In this document: positions 1-8,749 of the stretch, one piece after another
Numbering within the stretch: position 1 is the stretch's first letter
Layout: the number at the start of each line of letters is the position of its first letter
NCBI RefSeq assembly: GCF_000186885.1
Contig: NC_014972.1
Location: forward strand, 3,270,001-3,302,000
Origin: Desulfobulbus propionicus DSM 2032
GTDB lineage: Bacteria; Desulfobacterota; Desulfobulbia; Desulfobulbales; Desulfobulbaceae
Reading direction: 5' to 3'
Length of the DNA stretch: 32,000 bases
The notes under the pieces: generated by a model
Database searches by the model: none
What the model was told of the DNA's origin: nothing
What the model saw: the letters and a program-made list of their open reading frames with translations, nothing else
Made by a program: the position numbers and the translations under genes

Positions 1-1324
1 CCAGAAAAATCGTGCCGCAGGTTACGGCGATCCCCAAATCCACCAAGGCAAATTCAGCGCTGCGCCGCATCCATTGCTCCCGCAGCTCCGCAAACCGTCT
101 CCTGACCGCCCATGCAGCATGCGCTGCCGCCAAGTTTGGCCGCTCCAGCTTGATCGGTGCGCCGAACACCGCCAGGACCGCATCCCCCATGAACTTATCG
201 ACCGTCCCCTGCCAGTGAAACACTTCCTCGGTGAAAAATTGAAAGAATTCGTTGAGGAACACGCGGAGTTCCCGCAGATCGATGCGCTGGACCAAACGGG
301 TAAAATTGCGGATATCGGCAAAAAGGACGGTCACCTCGGTGATTTCGCCCAACGCCATCAAATCGGTATTGCCGCCTTTCAGCAGCAGCTCAGCCACCTC
401 GGGGGCCACATACTGTTCGAACAGGGTGCGCATGCGGATAGTTGCGGCCAACTGCTGCCGTGCCCGCAAATTTTCCAGGGCATTGGCCGCCTGGCTGCAA
501 ATGATCCCGAGCAGTTCGGTATCCGCCTCGGAAAAACGTTCATCGGTCAATTTTTGACTGATGTTGAGCACCCCGATCACCCGTTCGCGAATGCGGAGCG
601 GAAAAGAAACAGCGGAAACGATATCTGGCTGGCGGAGCAGCGCCGAAAAGATGGAGGCATGCTGATCCTCCTTGTTAAGAATGACCGACTTGCCCTGCTG
701 AAAAACCCAACCGGCGATCTGGGCCCCGGGCTTGAGCCGGATGGATCGGGCCAGGACCGGATCCATGCCCCGGGAAGCGGCAATATGAAGACTCCCTTCC
801 TGGAGGTCATAAAGCATTACCGAAATATGACTGGCGCCTGTCTGCTGTTCCACCGCGGTCACCAAGCCATCGAGGATTTCCTGCTCACTGGTCGCCGCAA
901 GAAATTGCTCGCCGAGGCTGTAGAGGGGAATCAGGGTGCGTAACCGGATGTTTTCCTGTTGCAACCGGTGGCGTTCCAGAACCAGCTCGACGGCCCGTGT
1001 CAGATGCACCGGATTGCCAGGCCATTCCACCAATCCGGAAAGGCCCACCTCCAACACGCCCCGCGGCAATTCCGGACGGAGCGAAGCGGACAGCAACACC
1101 CCGGCCACGCCCGGCTGGGCAGCATTGAGAGCGGCAAAGACCTGGCAGCCGTCCATGGCGAGGGCATCCTCGACAATCAGCACCACGGCAACTGCTTGGC
1201 GGGCACAGATGTGGATTGCCGCCGATACGTCGCGGCAGCGAATCATCTTTATGTGCGACAATATCGCCATTACCTCCCCGGCCTGCGCATCGTCGGCGGC
1301 AAGGAGGACCACAGGAGTTTTCAT
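1..1324 (-). CDS. Receiver (REC) / GAF / class III adenylate-guanylate cyclase fusion protein; C-terminus runs off the left window edge
   Basis: Absent from the ORF track because it has no stop inside the window. My own minus-strand translation from ATG 1324..1322 stays open to position 1. It reads MKTPVVLLAADDAQAGEV...VVLIVEDALAMDG (receiver-like), ...GASHISVMLYDLQEGSLHIAASRGMDP...RVIGVLNISQ (GAF-like) and ...VTVLFADIRNFTRL...GTVDKFMGDAVLAVFGAP (class III cyclase motifs). The + strand ORF 74..943 is its antisense shadow. Confidence 0.85.
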   Translation of the reverse strand, partial: MKTPVVLLAADDAQAGEVMAILSHIKMIRCRDVSAAIHICARQAVAVVLIVEDALAMDGCQVFAALNAAQPGVAGVLLSASLRPELPRGVLEVGLSGLVEWPGNPVHLTRAVELVLERHRLQQENIRLRTLIPLYSLGEQFLAATSEQEILDGLVTAVEQQTGASHISVMLYDLQEGSLHIAASRGMDPVLARSIRLKPGAQIAGWVFQQGKSVILNKEDQHASIFSALLRQPDIVSAVSFPLRIRERVIGVLNISQKLTDERFSEADTELLGIICSQAANALENLRARQQLAATIRMRTLFEQYVAPEVAELLLKGGNTDLMALGEITEVTVLFADIRNFTRLVQRIDLRELRVFLNEFFQFFTEEVFHWQGTVDKFMGDAVLAVFGAPIKLERPNLAAAHAAWAVRRRFAELREQWMRRSAEFALVDLGIAVTCGTIFL

Positions 1325-1464
1325 TGATGGGCTCGCTGGAATTCCATACTTTTCAAAGCGATGTTACCATCGACCAGGAGGCAAGGCAAGCAATAGCGCC
1401 AAAAGAAGCCCCTTGCCGGGTTGGTCCCGCTGTTCATTTCCTTCCACCTGAGGTATACTCGGCC

Positions 1465-2826
1465 ATGCTTGCACAACTACCCCACAGTCCGCTCGCCGAG
1501 CGGATGCGCCCCACCCGCCTGGAAGATTTTGTCGGCCAGCGCCATCTGGTTGGCGAGGGCAAATTCCTCAACCAGCTGATCGACAGCGGCCGAATTCCCT
1601 CGCTGGTCCTCTGGGGGCCGCCCGGATCGGGCAAGACCACCTTGGCCACCATCCTTGCCCACGCCGTCTCTGCCCATTTCGTCTTTTTCTCCGCAGTACT
1701 CTCGGGGGTCAAGGAGATACGGCAGATCGTCGATCAGGCCAAGTCTGTCCATGAACAGGACGGCAGGCCGACCATTCTCTTTGTCGACGAAATCCACCGC
1801 TTCAACAAGAGCCAGCAGGACGCCTTTCTGCCCCACGTGGAAAGTGGCCTGCTGACCCTGATCGGAGCGACAACGGAAAATCCGTCGTTCCAGATCACCG
1901 CTCCCCTGCTCTCCCGCTGCCAGGTCCTGCTCCTCGCTCCACTCGACCGCAACGATCTCAAACAGGTCATGCGGCGCGCCCTCATCGATACCTCGGTCGG
2001 TTTCGGTGACGATCGTCTGACCATCGACGATCAGGCCCTCGACCTCCTGGCCGATACGGCGGACGGTGACTGCCGACGAGCGTTGAATCATCTGGAAACG
2101 GCGGCCGCCCTGACCCTGGAGCAGCTCAAGCGCCAGCCAGCGGCTGGAGAGGCAGAGCGAACGATCACCGTCGCCCAGGTGCGGGAAACACTGCAGCAAA
2201 AAACCCTCCGCTATGACGCCAGGGGCGAGGAACACTACAACCTGATTTCAGCCCTGCACAAAAGTCTGCGCGACAGCGATCCGGACGGTGCGGTCTACTG
2301 GCTGGGCAGGATGTTGCTCGGAGGCGAGGACCCACTCTATATTGCCCGACGGATGATTCGGTTTGCTTCCGAGGACATCGGCAATGCCGATCCACAAGCC
2401 CTGCAAGTGGCCCTAAACGGCCGTGAAGCCTACCATATGCTCGGTTCGCCAGAGGGCGAACTGGCACTCTATCAGGTGGCTGCTTATCTGGCCACCGCTC
2501 CGAAAAGCAATGCGGTCTACGTGTGCACCCATCGGGTACGGGCGGACATCGAACGTACGGGGTCCCTGCCGGTCCCCCTGCACATCCGCAATGCGCCGAC
2601 AGCACTGATGAAGGATTTTGGCTACGGCCACGGCTACCAATACGCGCACGACGACCGGGACGGTCTGGTGCTGCAGGAACACCTGCCTCCGGAGCTGGCG
2701 GGCCGCGTCTACTACGAGCCGACCACCCGCGGCTACGAGGCGGTGATCAAGGACCGATTGACCAAATGGAAACAAATACTCAAACAGCGAGCGCAACAGC
2801 ATGAACTGCAACAACGGAATAAATAA
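1465..2826 (+). CDS. rarA: Replication-associated recombination protein A (RarA/MgsA AAA+ ATPase)
   Basis: Lies within ORF 1216..2826. Walker A is [11 protein letters not shown] and Walker B is [10 protein letters not shown]. The MgsA-type C-terminal domain reads [42 protein letters not shown] moved the start to ATG 1465 ([26 protein letters not shown] about 11 nt upstream) because the 1216 extension overlaps the divergent cyclase gene. Confidence 0.93.
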   Translation: MLAQLPHSPLAERMRPTRLEDFVGQRHLVGEGKFLNQLIDSGRIPSLVLWGPPGSGKTTLATILAHAVSAHFVFFSAVLSGVKEIRQIVDQAKSVHEQDGRPTILFVDEIHRFNKSQQDAFLPHVESGLLTLIGATTENPSFQITAPLLSRCQVLLLAPLDRNDLKQVMRRALIDTSVGFGDDRLTIDDQALDLLADTADGDCRRALNHLETAAALTLEQLKRQPAAGEAERTITVAQVRETLQQKTLRYDARGEEHYNLISALHKSLRDSDPDGAVYWLGRMLLGGEDPLYIARRMIRFASEDIGNADPQALQVALNGREAYHMLGSPEGELALYQVAAYLATAPKSNAVYVCTHRVRADIERTGSLPVPLHIRNAPTALMKDFGYGHGYQYAHDDRDGLVLQEHLPPELAGRVYYEPTTRGYEAVIKDRLTKWKQILKQRAQQHELQQRNK

Positions 2827-3802
2827 GGGAAACGTATTATGGACCGTCCTGCTCCTCCTCGCTCTTCTCCTCTGGTGGGGCGAGGTTGAAGCGGCGGGCA
2901 TGCGGTTTATTTACACCAACGACAACCTCGGCGAACTCGACAGCTGTGGCTGACACCTGAACAAATTGGGCGGTCTGTCCAAAAAAGCATTTATAACCAA
3001 GACATTAACCAACGATTCGCACTACCCGGCCCTGATTGTCAACAGCGGCAACCTGCTGTTCAAAACCGATATTCTGCAGCCGGAGGAAGCTGAAACAGCA
3101 AGGATTGCCGCCGACGGCGTGTACCAGGCCACCCGGAAGACAGGGGCACTCATCGCCGGTGTAGGCAGCCGGGACCTGGCCGCCGGGACCGCCTTCCTGA
3201 GCCAATTCCATCAACCACCGCACTTTACCTGGTTGTCCCTCAACCTTGTTCATCCTTCCAACCGTCAGCCTCTGTTCACCCCGATTCATTGGCAGCAGGT
3301 GAATGGGATCAACATCGCGGTCCTGGCGCTGACCGACCACACCGCCCCTTCCGCGCAAGGCAACGATTTCCTTGCCCTTCCGTGGCAGCAATCACTGCCG
3401 GAGGTTCTGGCGCAGGTCGAGCAGCAGGCCGATTTCGTGCTGCTACTGTCCAACTATTCCTTGATCGATAATCAGGAAATCGCCCGCCACCACAGAGCCA
3501 TCGACCTCATCCTCCAGTCGGGCCATGCCATCGGCAACAGGACCCCGCTTGTGGTCAACAACACCCTGATCGCCCAAACCGAAACCCGCGGCAAATACCT
3601 GGGGGTGCTGAATGTGGACTGGAATGGCCATGGCCGCTGGCGCGAGGGCCAGCCAGGCGCGGCGACACCGGATGACAAGCCGGCGTCAACCTACAGTAAC
3701 CGGTTCATTGCGTTAAAACCTTCGATCACCAATGATCCCGAGGTGGAGGCCATTGTCCAGCAGACCAAGAGGCGCTTGGACAGCCATCAGGCCGGGCGAT
3801 AG
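2801..3802 (+). CDS. Secreted 5'-nucleotidase/metallophosphoesterase-like protein with a candidate selenocysteine (TGA 2951..2953)
   Basis: The ORF track lists only 2966..3802, a TTG start right after a TGA. The same frame is open upstream from ATG 2801: [50 protein letters not shown]-[TGA]-HLNKLGGLSKKAFITK.... That gives a signal-peptide-like N-terminus and a TND..G..CG motif continuous with the downstream body (ALIVNSGNLLF, NIAVLALTDH, DFVLLLSNYS). A SECIS-like hairpin follows the TGA. If the TGA is a true stop, the CDS is 2966..3802 or the gene is a pseudogene. ATG 2801 overlaps the rarA 3' end by 26 nt; ATG 2900 is an alternative start but would remove the signal peptide. Confidence 0.6.
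2951..2982 (+). promoter_or_regulatory. Candidate bacterial SECIS element (UGA plus downstream stem-loop)
   Basis: UGA 2951..2953 is followed by CAC. After 12 nt comes a 17-nt hairpin: UUGGGC (2966..2971) / loop GGUCU (2972..2976) / GUCCAA (2977..2982), six pairs including one G-U. The GGUC of the loop starts 18 nt after the UGA. As I recall the E. coli fdhF SECIS (UGA CAC GGC CCA UCG GUU GCA GGU CUG CAC C), it has the same UGA-CAC context and the same GGUCUG apical string at the same distance. Confidence 0.55.
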
Positions 3803-3841
3803 AAATCGGCCGACCTACACTGCCACTAACCGATAACCAAT

Positions 3842-3873
3842 AAAAAAGGCCGCCTCAAGAGGCGGCCTTTTTT
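3842..3873. terminator. Bidirectional rho-independent terminator between convergent genes
   Basis: A6 run (3842..3847), stem GGCCGCC (3848..3854), loop TCAAGA, stem GGCGGCC (3861..3867), T6 run (3868..3873). It sits between the + CDS ending at 3802 and the - CDS ending at 3893. Confidence 0.88.
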
Positions 3874-3892
3874 ATTGGTCGAAGCAATGAAC

Positions 3893-4813
3893 TTAGCAGC
3901 CGAATGCCTTCTGCAGGTTCGGAATGGTCTGTTTCTTGCGGCTCATCATGCCGTCGATCCACATGGAGTTGCCGGAAAGCTTCTTACCGAAAGCGCCTTC
4001 GATCAGAGCGGGATCATCGGAGAGCACCATCAAGTCGGTGCCTTCCTTGACCACGTCGGTGAGCATCAGCAGGACGGAATGCCGTTCGCTGCCCTTTTGC
4101 TCTTTCATGGCATTGTACAGGGCATCGCGCATGTCGGCTACCTGATCCAGGGTGGCAAGCTCGAGCTGACCGACGCCGACTTTTTTACCCTTCATATCGA
4201 AATCCTTGTAGTCGCGATGGAGCAGGTCCATGGCCGGAACGCCGGCAACGGCACTCTTGGCCTTGAGCATCTCCATGAACAATGCTTCGGTGTCCTTGAC
4301 ATCGGCGATTGCGGCCAATTCCTTCACGGCCTTCTTGTCGGCGTCAGTGCAGGTCGGGGACTTGAAATTGACGGTATCGCTGAGGATGGCGGCCAGCATC
4401 AGACCAGCAACCTTAGGATCAACCTTCACGCCTTCCAGATCATAGAGGATCTTGAGCACGGTACCGGTGCAGCCAACCGGCATGTTGCAGAAGAAGATCG
4501 GTTGATTGGTGGTCACATCACCGATTTTGTGATGGTCGACGACGGCCACAACCTCGCCGGCGGCCAGATTGTCCGGAGCCTGAGCCAGATCGCTGTGGTC
4601 AACCAGGGCAATTTTCTTGCCGGTGGCATCGGTCAGGGTCTCGGGGGTGGCAAAACCGAACTGCTTCAACACCATCTCGGACTCGGGATTCAGCTTGCCA
4701 GCAACGGCGGGAACATAATCCTCACCCTTGGCCTTCATCAGCGCTGCATAAGCGATGGCGGCGGTTACAGAATCGGTATCCGGACTTTTGTGACCTACAA
4801 CATAAACAGACAT
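3893..4813 (-). CDS. ppaC: Manganese-dependent inorganic pyrophosphatase, family II (DHH/DHHA2)
   Basis: 306 aa. N-terminal VVGHKSPDTDSV, DHH motif VVAVVDHHKIG, and DHHA2-type C-terminal half (DFDMKGKKVGVGQLE...SVLLMLTDV...MSRKKQ). The + ORF 3875..4933 is its antisense shadow. Confidence 0.95.
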   Translation of the reverse strand: MSVYVVGHKSPDTDSVTAAIAYAALMKAKGEDYVPAVAGKLNPESEMVLKQFGFATPETLTDATGKKIALVDHSDLAQAPDNLAAGEVVAVVDHHKIGDVTTNQPIFFCNMPVGCTGTVLKILYDLEGVKVDPKVAGLMLAAILSDTVNFKSPTCTDADKKAVKELAAIADVKDTEALFMEMLKAKSAVAGVPAMDLLHRDYKDFDMKGKKVGVGQLELATLDQVADMRDALYNAMKEQKGSERHSVLLMLTDVVKEGTDLMVLSDDPALIEGAFGKKLSGNSMWIDGMMSRKKQTIPNLQKAFGC

Positions 4814-4982
4814 AGCGAATTACCTCCCAGTACATGTTCAATGACACATTTTCATGTGCGCTTCTCTTCCATCTCGGACCCTATGCAGGTCAGAAACAAT
4901 AAAATTGAACGACCTTATAATGTTCACTTATAAGCGTCAAGCAGAAAAAGGAGCAATGGTGCAAGCAGCCTGCTCTGCCTTG

Positions 4983-5014
4983 AAAAACAAAGGGATCGAC
5001 GTTGTCGATCCCTT
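4983..5014 (-). terminator. Rho-independent terminator downstream of the BI-1 family gene
   Basis: Perfect 11-bp stem AAGGGATCGAC (4990..5000) / GTCGATCCCTT (5004..5014) with a 3-nt loop. On the minus strand it is followed by TGTTTTTC (complement of 4983..4989). It lies 30 nt after the stop at 5044. Confidence 0.7.
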
Positions 5015-5043
5015 GTATTTTGGGCTTGAAAATGAAGAACGGT

Positions 5044-5757
5044 TCAGTCGCGGCTGCCGCCAAAAAATCGCAGCAACATCAGAAACAGGTTGATGAAATC
5101 AAGATAGAGGGCCAAGGCTCCGATGATCGCTCCCTTGCGGATGGCAACCTCGCCCTGCTCCATGATCCCTTCCTCGCCGATGGTCTTGATCTTTTGCACG
5201 TCGTACGCGGTTAGACCCACAAAAACCAGTACACCGATGGCGGAAATGGCCCAGTAAAGAGCCGGGCTCTTGAAAAAGATATTGACGATCGAAGCCAGGA
5301 GAATGCCAATCAGCCCCATGAACATGAACGATCCCATGCCGGACAAATCGCGCTTGGTCACCATGCCGTAGACTGCCATGGCGGCAAACATGCCGGCCGT
5401 TACCAGGAATGTGGCGCCAATGGAGGCGTGGGTGTAGGCGAGAAAGATGGTGGATAGGGTCACACCGTTGAGGACCGAATAGCCGACAAACAGTCCGGTC
5501 GCCGTTCCCGGCTGCAGCTTGTCAATGCGGGCGGAGAGATAGAAAACCATGCCCAGCTCGGCCAACACCAGAATAAAGAATAGGGGGCTGGCGATCAGCG
5601 GCTTGACCAAGCCGGATTCGGCAGTGAACAAGGCCACGCCGCCGGTGATCGCCAGGCCGATGGCCATCCAATGAAATACCTTGGCGAGAAAAATGGTCGA
5701 GGCATCCTGGCGCGCCTTGGCCAGGGTGATGTCACGTGCTCCAATCTGCGTCTGCAT
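5044..5757 (-). CDS. Bax inhibitor-1/YccA family inner-membrane protein
   Basis: 237 aa with about 7 predicted TM helices. Family-typical strings include FLAKVFHWMAIGLAITG, GMVTKRDLSGMGSFMFMGLIG and C-terminal GALALYLDFINLFLMLLRFFGGSRD. A GGAGGA RBS precedes the ATG. Confidence 0.92.
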   Translation of the reverse strand: MQTQIGARDITLAKARQDASTIFLAKVFHWMAIGLAITGGVALFTAESGLVKPLIASPLFFILVLAELGMVFYLSARIDKLQPGTATGLFVGYSVLNGVTLSTIFLAYTHASIGATFLVTAGMFAAMAVYGMVTKRDLSGMGSFMFMGLIGILLASIVNIFFKSPALYWAISAIGVLVFVGLTAYDVQKIKTIGEEGIMEQGEVAIRKGAIIGALALYLDFINLFLMLLRFFGGSRD

Positions 5758-6107
5758 GTCTTAGCGTTCCTCCATATCTTGAAATAGATCACTGCGGTGT
5801 TGAGACGAAATATTAACCATTCCGATTGTAAAGGCAAGACATCTTGCCCTTTGCTGGCAAAAAACGACAAATCAACCTGTTGCGCAGGCCCCTGGACAGG
5901 AACGCCAACATCACGGATTCGGTTAGGTGCCATGCGGCCAAGCTGAAACGCTTCCGGCTGACTAACGGGACGCGCTCGGTCTTGTTTTCTTGTTGGACAG
6001 GTGTGCAAAAATTGAGCGAATGGCGTATCATGGCCGCCATCCGCCACGCGGGGAACAGCACGGGGCCGCCCAGCGCCCATCACCCTTAGCCAAAGAAGAC
6101 ACCCCTC

Positions 6108-6350
6108 ATGATACGCATTGAACAGTTAACGGTTATTGTCGACAAACCCACCACCAAGCTGCAAGCCTTTCGCCTGGAGGACACGATCCGGGCACCGGCG
6201 GTGATCGTGTTCATTGATGAGGAAAAAGCGCAACTCATCCCCCTTCCCCAGGGAGAAACGCCGCCCACCACCATTCGGTCGCATACCATGCAAGCCAAGA
6301 TTGACATCATCGGCCTCGATGAGATCAACGCCTATCTCCGGCAAAGTTGA
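6108..6350 (+). CDS. Hypothetical small protein (80 aa)
   Basis: ATG-initiated ORF with GC-rich third codon positions and a normal amino-acid composition (MIRIEQLTVIVDKPTTKLQAFRLEDT...). The overlapping minus ORF 6126..6584 is Arg-rich junk. There is no clear Shine-Dalgarno sequence and I recognise no motif. Confidence 0.45.
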   Translation: MIRIEQLTVIVDKPTTKLQAFRLEDTIRAPAVIVFIDEEKAQLIPLPQGETPPTTIRSHTMQAKIDIIGLDEINAYLRQS

Positions 6351-6371
6351 ACGAGAAACCAAGGCGGGAAA

Positions 6372-6398
6372 CCCGGCCCGTGGCAACGGCGGGCCGGG
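6372..6398. other. GC-rich stem-loop (possible transcript end for minE or for the 80-aa ORF)
   Basis: Perfect 9-bp inverted repeat CCCGGCCCG (6372..6380) / CGGGCCGGG (6390..6398) with a 9-nt loop. The minus strand continues TTTCCCGCC, a weak U-tract, and the plus strand continues with an A-rich tract. This is not a canonical terminator. Confidence 0.35.
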
Positions 6399-6532
6399 AA
6401 GAAAAACAAAGAGAGACCGGATCTGGCGGGAACGGAACACGCCCCGAAGCGCTTCTGCAGGGCGGCCAACCAGCGAATCGCGCCGGAGCGACCGCTTGCA
6501 CGAACAGGTGCCCTCGACAGCGGTTGAGTCAA

Positions 6533-6793
6533 TCAGGGTTTGCTTGAATCGGAGAGCGAGATGTTGAGCTCCAGCACTTCGCAATCACCCCGTCGATCCA
6601 AGGACAGTTTGACCTGATTTTCGTTAATCTGGATATATTTTCGGACCACTTCCAGGATGTCGTTCTGGAGTTGCGGCAGAAAATCGGGGCTGGTCGAACG
6701 CCTCCGCTCGTGGGAAACGATGATCTGCAACCGCTCCTTGGCCACCGATGCGGAGCTTGTTTTTTTTGCTCGAAAAAAGTCAAAGAATTTCAT
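6533..6793 (-). CDS. minE: Cell division topological specificity factor MinE
   Basis: Lies within ORF 6533..6910. The true start is ATG 6793 (MKFFDFFRAKKTSSASVAKERLQIIVSHERR..., the typical MinE N-terminus), 4 nt after the minD stop. 86 aa. Confidence 0.93.
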   Translation of the reverse strand: MKFFDFFRAKKTSSASVAKERLQIIVSHERRRSTSPDFLPQLQNDILEVVRKYIQINENQVKLSLDRRGDCEVLELNISLSDSSKP

Positions 6794-6797
6794 GGCA

Positions 6798-7607
6798 TCA
6801 TGATCCAAAGAAACGGGAGAAAAAGCCTTTCTTCTGCACGTCCATAAAACGGTACGGCACGTCTTCGCCCAGGAAACGGTCGACAATATCGAAATAGGCC
6901 TCACCGGCATCGCTCTCCTCGGCCAGGGTCACCGGTATGCCCGAGTTGGAGGCTGCCAGCACCAGCTTGGACTCGGGAACAACGCCAAGAAAAGGAATAG
7001 CAAGAATTTCACACACATCGTCGGCACTGAGCATATCGCCCCGTTCCACCCGCACCGGGTCGTAGCGGGTGACCACCAGATGCACCTTCACCGGCGGCTG
7101 GTCCTGTTCGGCCCGCTGGGTTTTGCTGGCCAGCATCCCGATGATCCGATCCGAATCCCGCACCGAGGAAATCTCGGGGTTGGTGACCACCAGGGCTTCG
7201 TCCGCATAGTACATGGCGGTCATCGCGCCCTTTTCAATCCCCGCCGGCGAATCGCAAACGATATATTCAAAGCTCTGCCGCAGGGTGGCTATCACCTCGC
7301 CGACCCCTTCCTTTGACAGAGCGTCCTTGTCGCGGGTCTGCGAGGCCGGGAGGATATACAGGTTGCCCACCCGTTTGTCCTTGATCAGGGCTTGATTGAG
7401 CGAGCCCTCGCCATGGATGACATTAAGCAGGTCGTAGACCACCCTCCGCTCGCAGCCCATGATCAGATCAAGGTTGCGCAGACCGACATCGAAATCAATG
7501 ACCACCGTTTTATATCCGCGTACCGCCAGGGCTGCCGCAACGGCCGCGCTGGTGGTGGTTTTTCCTACTCCGCCCTTGCCGGACGTCACAACGACCACTT
7601 TAGACAA
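6798..7607 (-). CDS. minD: Septum site-determining ATPase MinD
   Basis: 269 aa. Deviant Walker A SGKGGVGKTT, plus DFDVGLRNLDL. TTG start at 7607 preceded by AAGGAGGG at about 7 nt. Confidence 0.97.
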   Translation of the reverse strand: MSKVVVVTSGKGGVGKTTTSAAVAAALAVRGYKTVVIDFDVGLRNLDLIMGCERRVVYDLLNVIHGEGSLNQALIKDKRVGNLYILPASQTRDKDALSKEGVGEVIATLRQSFEYIVCDSPAGIEKGAMTAMYYADEALVVTNPEISSVRDSDRIIGMLASKTQRAEQDQPPVKVHLVVTRYDPVRVERGDMLSADDVCEILAIPFLGVVPESKLVLAASNSGIPVTLAEESDAGEAYFDIVDRFLGEDVPYRFMDVQKKGFFSRFFGS

Positions 7608-7663
7608 CGGATTTCCCTCCTTGTTTGCTCATCAATACTTTGTCTTCGCTTCTCTCTCTGATT

Positions 7664-8461
7664 TCACCGATGATGCGGGTCAAAGGCGCCCAAAATGTCG
7701 AACCGCAGGCGTCCCCTTTCATGGACGATCATCACACATTGGTTAAGGACCGCCCGATCGAGCAGGTCATTGACCACATAGGCATCGGCCACGGCGACCA
7801 GTTCCGGGTTGCATTGCAAACTGAAGATACGAGCGGTGGCATCGCCGTGCACACCGGCCATGGCTCGGCCGCGCAACGCACCGTAGACGTGAATATTGCC
7901 GGCGGCAATCACCTCCGCACCAGCATTGACCGATGACAGCACCACCAGATCACCGTCTGGCGCCACCACCTGCTGCCCCGAGCGCACCGGTTGACTGATG
8001 ACCATGGTTTTGGCCCCGGTCGAATCGCGCGTCTCTGCCACTGGCTCGGGGGCGGGCTGCTGTGGTGGCGGTTCAGGCACCTCGACCGGCTTGTCCTCCT
8101 CCGGCGCGGCCACCGTTTTCTCGGTTTTGGCCGCAGGCAACAGCCCCAGCCCCGCCGCCAGCACCCGCTCAGCCACACTGTCGGCACCACCGCGCACCCC
8201 CACCGGGACCAACCCCAAACCGCGCAGGAAAGTGCTGAGCACGAGAAAATCGAGCGCCAACTGTTCCTCTTCCGACGCCTGCTTCAGATCGATCAAGAGC
8301 GGCGCATTGCTGAAAAAGGAGCGGGCTGGGCCGATCTTTTTCTTCAGCTGCGGATAGAGCAGATCAGGATTGGTCAGCTTGACATGCAGGACCATCACGG
8401 TCAGCACGCTGCCCTTGAGCTCAAACACGGATGCTTCGGTGGTGGTATCGTTAGCTTTCAT
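7664..8461 (-). CDS. minC: Septum formation inhibitor MinC
   Basis: The C-terminal beta-helix strings VRSGQQVVAPDGDLVVLSSVNAGAEVIAAGNIHVYGALRGRAMAG are typical of MinC. A Pro/Glu-rich linker is present. I prefer ATG 8461 (MKANDTT...); the track start at 8479 is a TTG, and neither has a strong RBS. Confidence 0.9.
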   Translation of the reverse strand: MKANDTTTEASVFELKGSVLTVMVLHVKLTNPDLLYPQLKKKIGPARSFFSNAPLLIDLKQASEEEQLALDFLVLSTFLRGLGLVPVGVRGGADSVAERVLAAGLGLLPAAKTEKTVAAPEEDKPVEVPEPPPQQPAPEPVAETRDSTGAKTMVISQPVRSGQQVVAPDGDLVVLSSVNAGAEVIAAGNIHVYGALRGRAMAGVHGDATARIFSLQCNPELVAVADAYVVNDLLDRAVLNQCVMIVHERGRLRFDILGAFDPHHR

Positions 8462-8749
8462 GGAACGGTGCTTGTTCAAAAGAATTCAAAGTGGAATTGT
8501 ATACCTATTCATTCGCCAAATCTCAAGGATACTCTGCATGTCCGCAAGAGATTCACACTCGCCCAAAAAGACCCAATGAACCACTCCTGCGCAGAGCACA
8601 TCGGCGCCGCAGTTCAGGGGGCAGGACGTGGGCCAGCCCGGTCGAGGGGAAAGAAAAGGCCGAAAAGATCGATTATGAGGAAGCGGAAAAAACTGCAAAT
8701 CGTCTCTTTTCCCCGTTCCCGGGGAGACTGGGGACGGCGACGGCTGGCA

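Noticed and set aside
74-943. 289-aa plus-strand ORF, together with the nested plus ORFs at 252..557, 936..1451 and 959..1327.
   Set aside because: They are antisense to the REC-GAF-cyclase gene, which carries clear domain motifs on the minus strand. The plus translations have no recognisable features.
1216-1464. The N-terminal extension of rarA given by the ORF track (start at 1216). The same applies to the extensions of minE (6910), acr3 (13680), the kinase-like/REC protein (18493), the activator (25833) and the 99-aa protein (25886).
   Set aside because: The extensions overlap neighbouring genes or lack an RBS. Internal ATGs with good Shine-Dalgarno sequences give N-termini typical of each family.
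2839-2889. ATG at 2839 as a possible start for the gene downstream of rarA.
   Set aside because: It is in a different frame and runs into a TGA after 16 codons. The frame continuous with 2966..3802 is the one starting at ATG 2801.
3875-4933. 352-aa plus ORF overlapping ppaC.
   Set aside because: It is the antisense shadow of a textbook family II pyrophosphatase gene.
7990-8110. The Pro/Glu/Ala-rich low-complexity segment in MinC (..EEDKPVEVPEPPPQQPAPEPVAE..), considered as a possible repeat or insertion.
   Set aside because: Flexible Pro-rich linkers between the MinC N- and C-terminal domains are ordinary, and no nucleotide-level repeat is evident.
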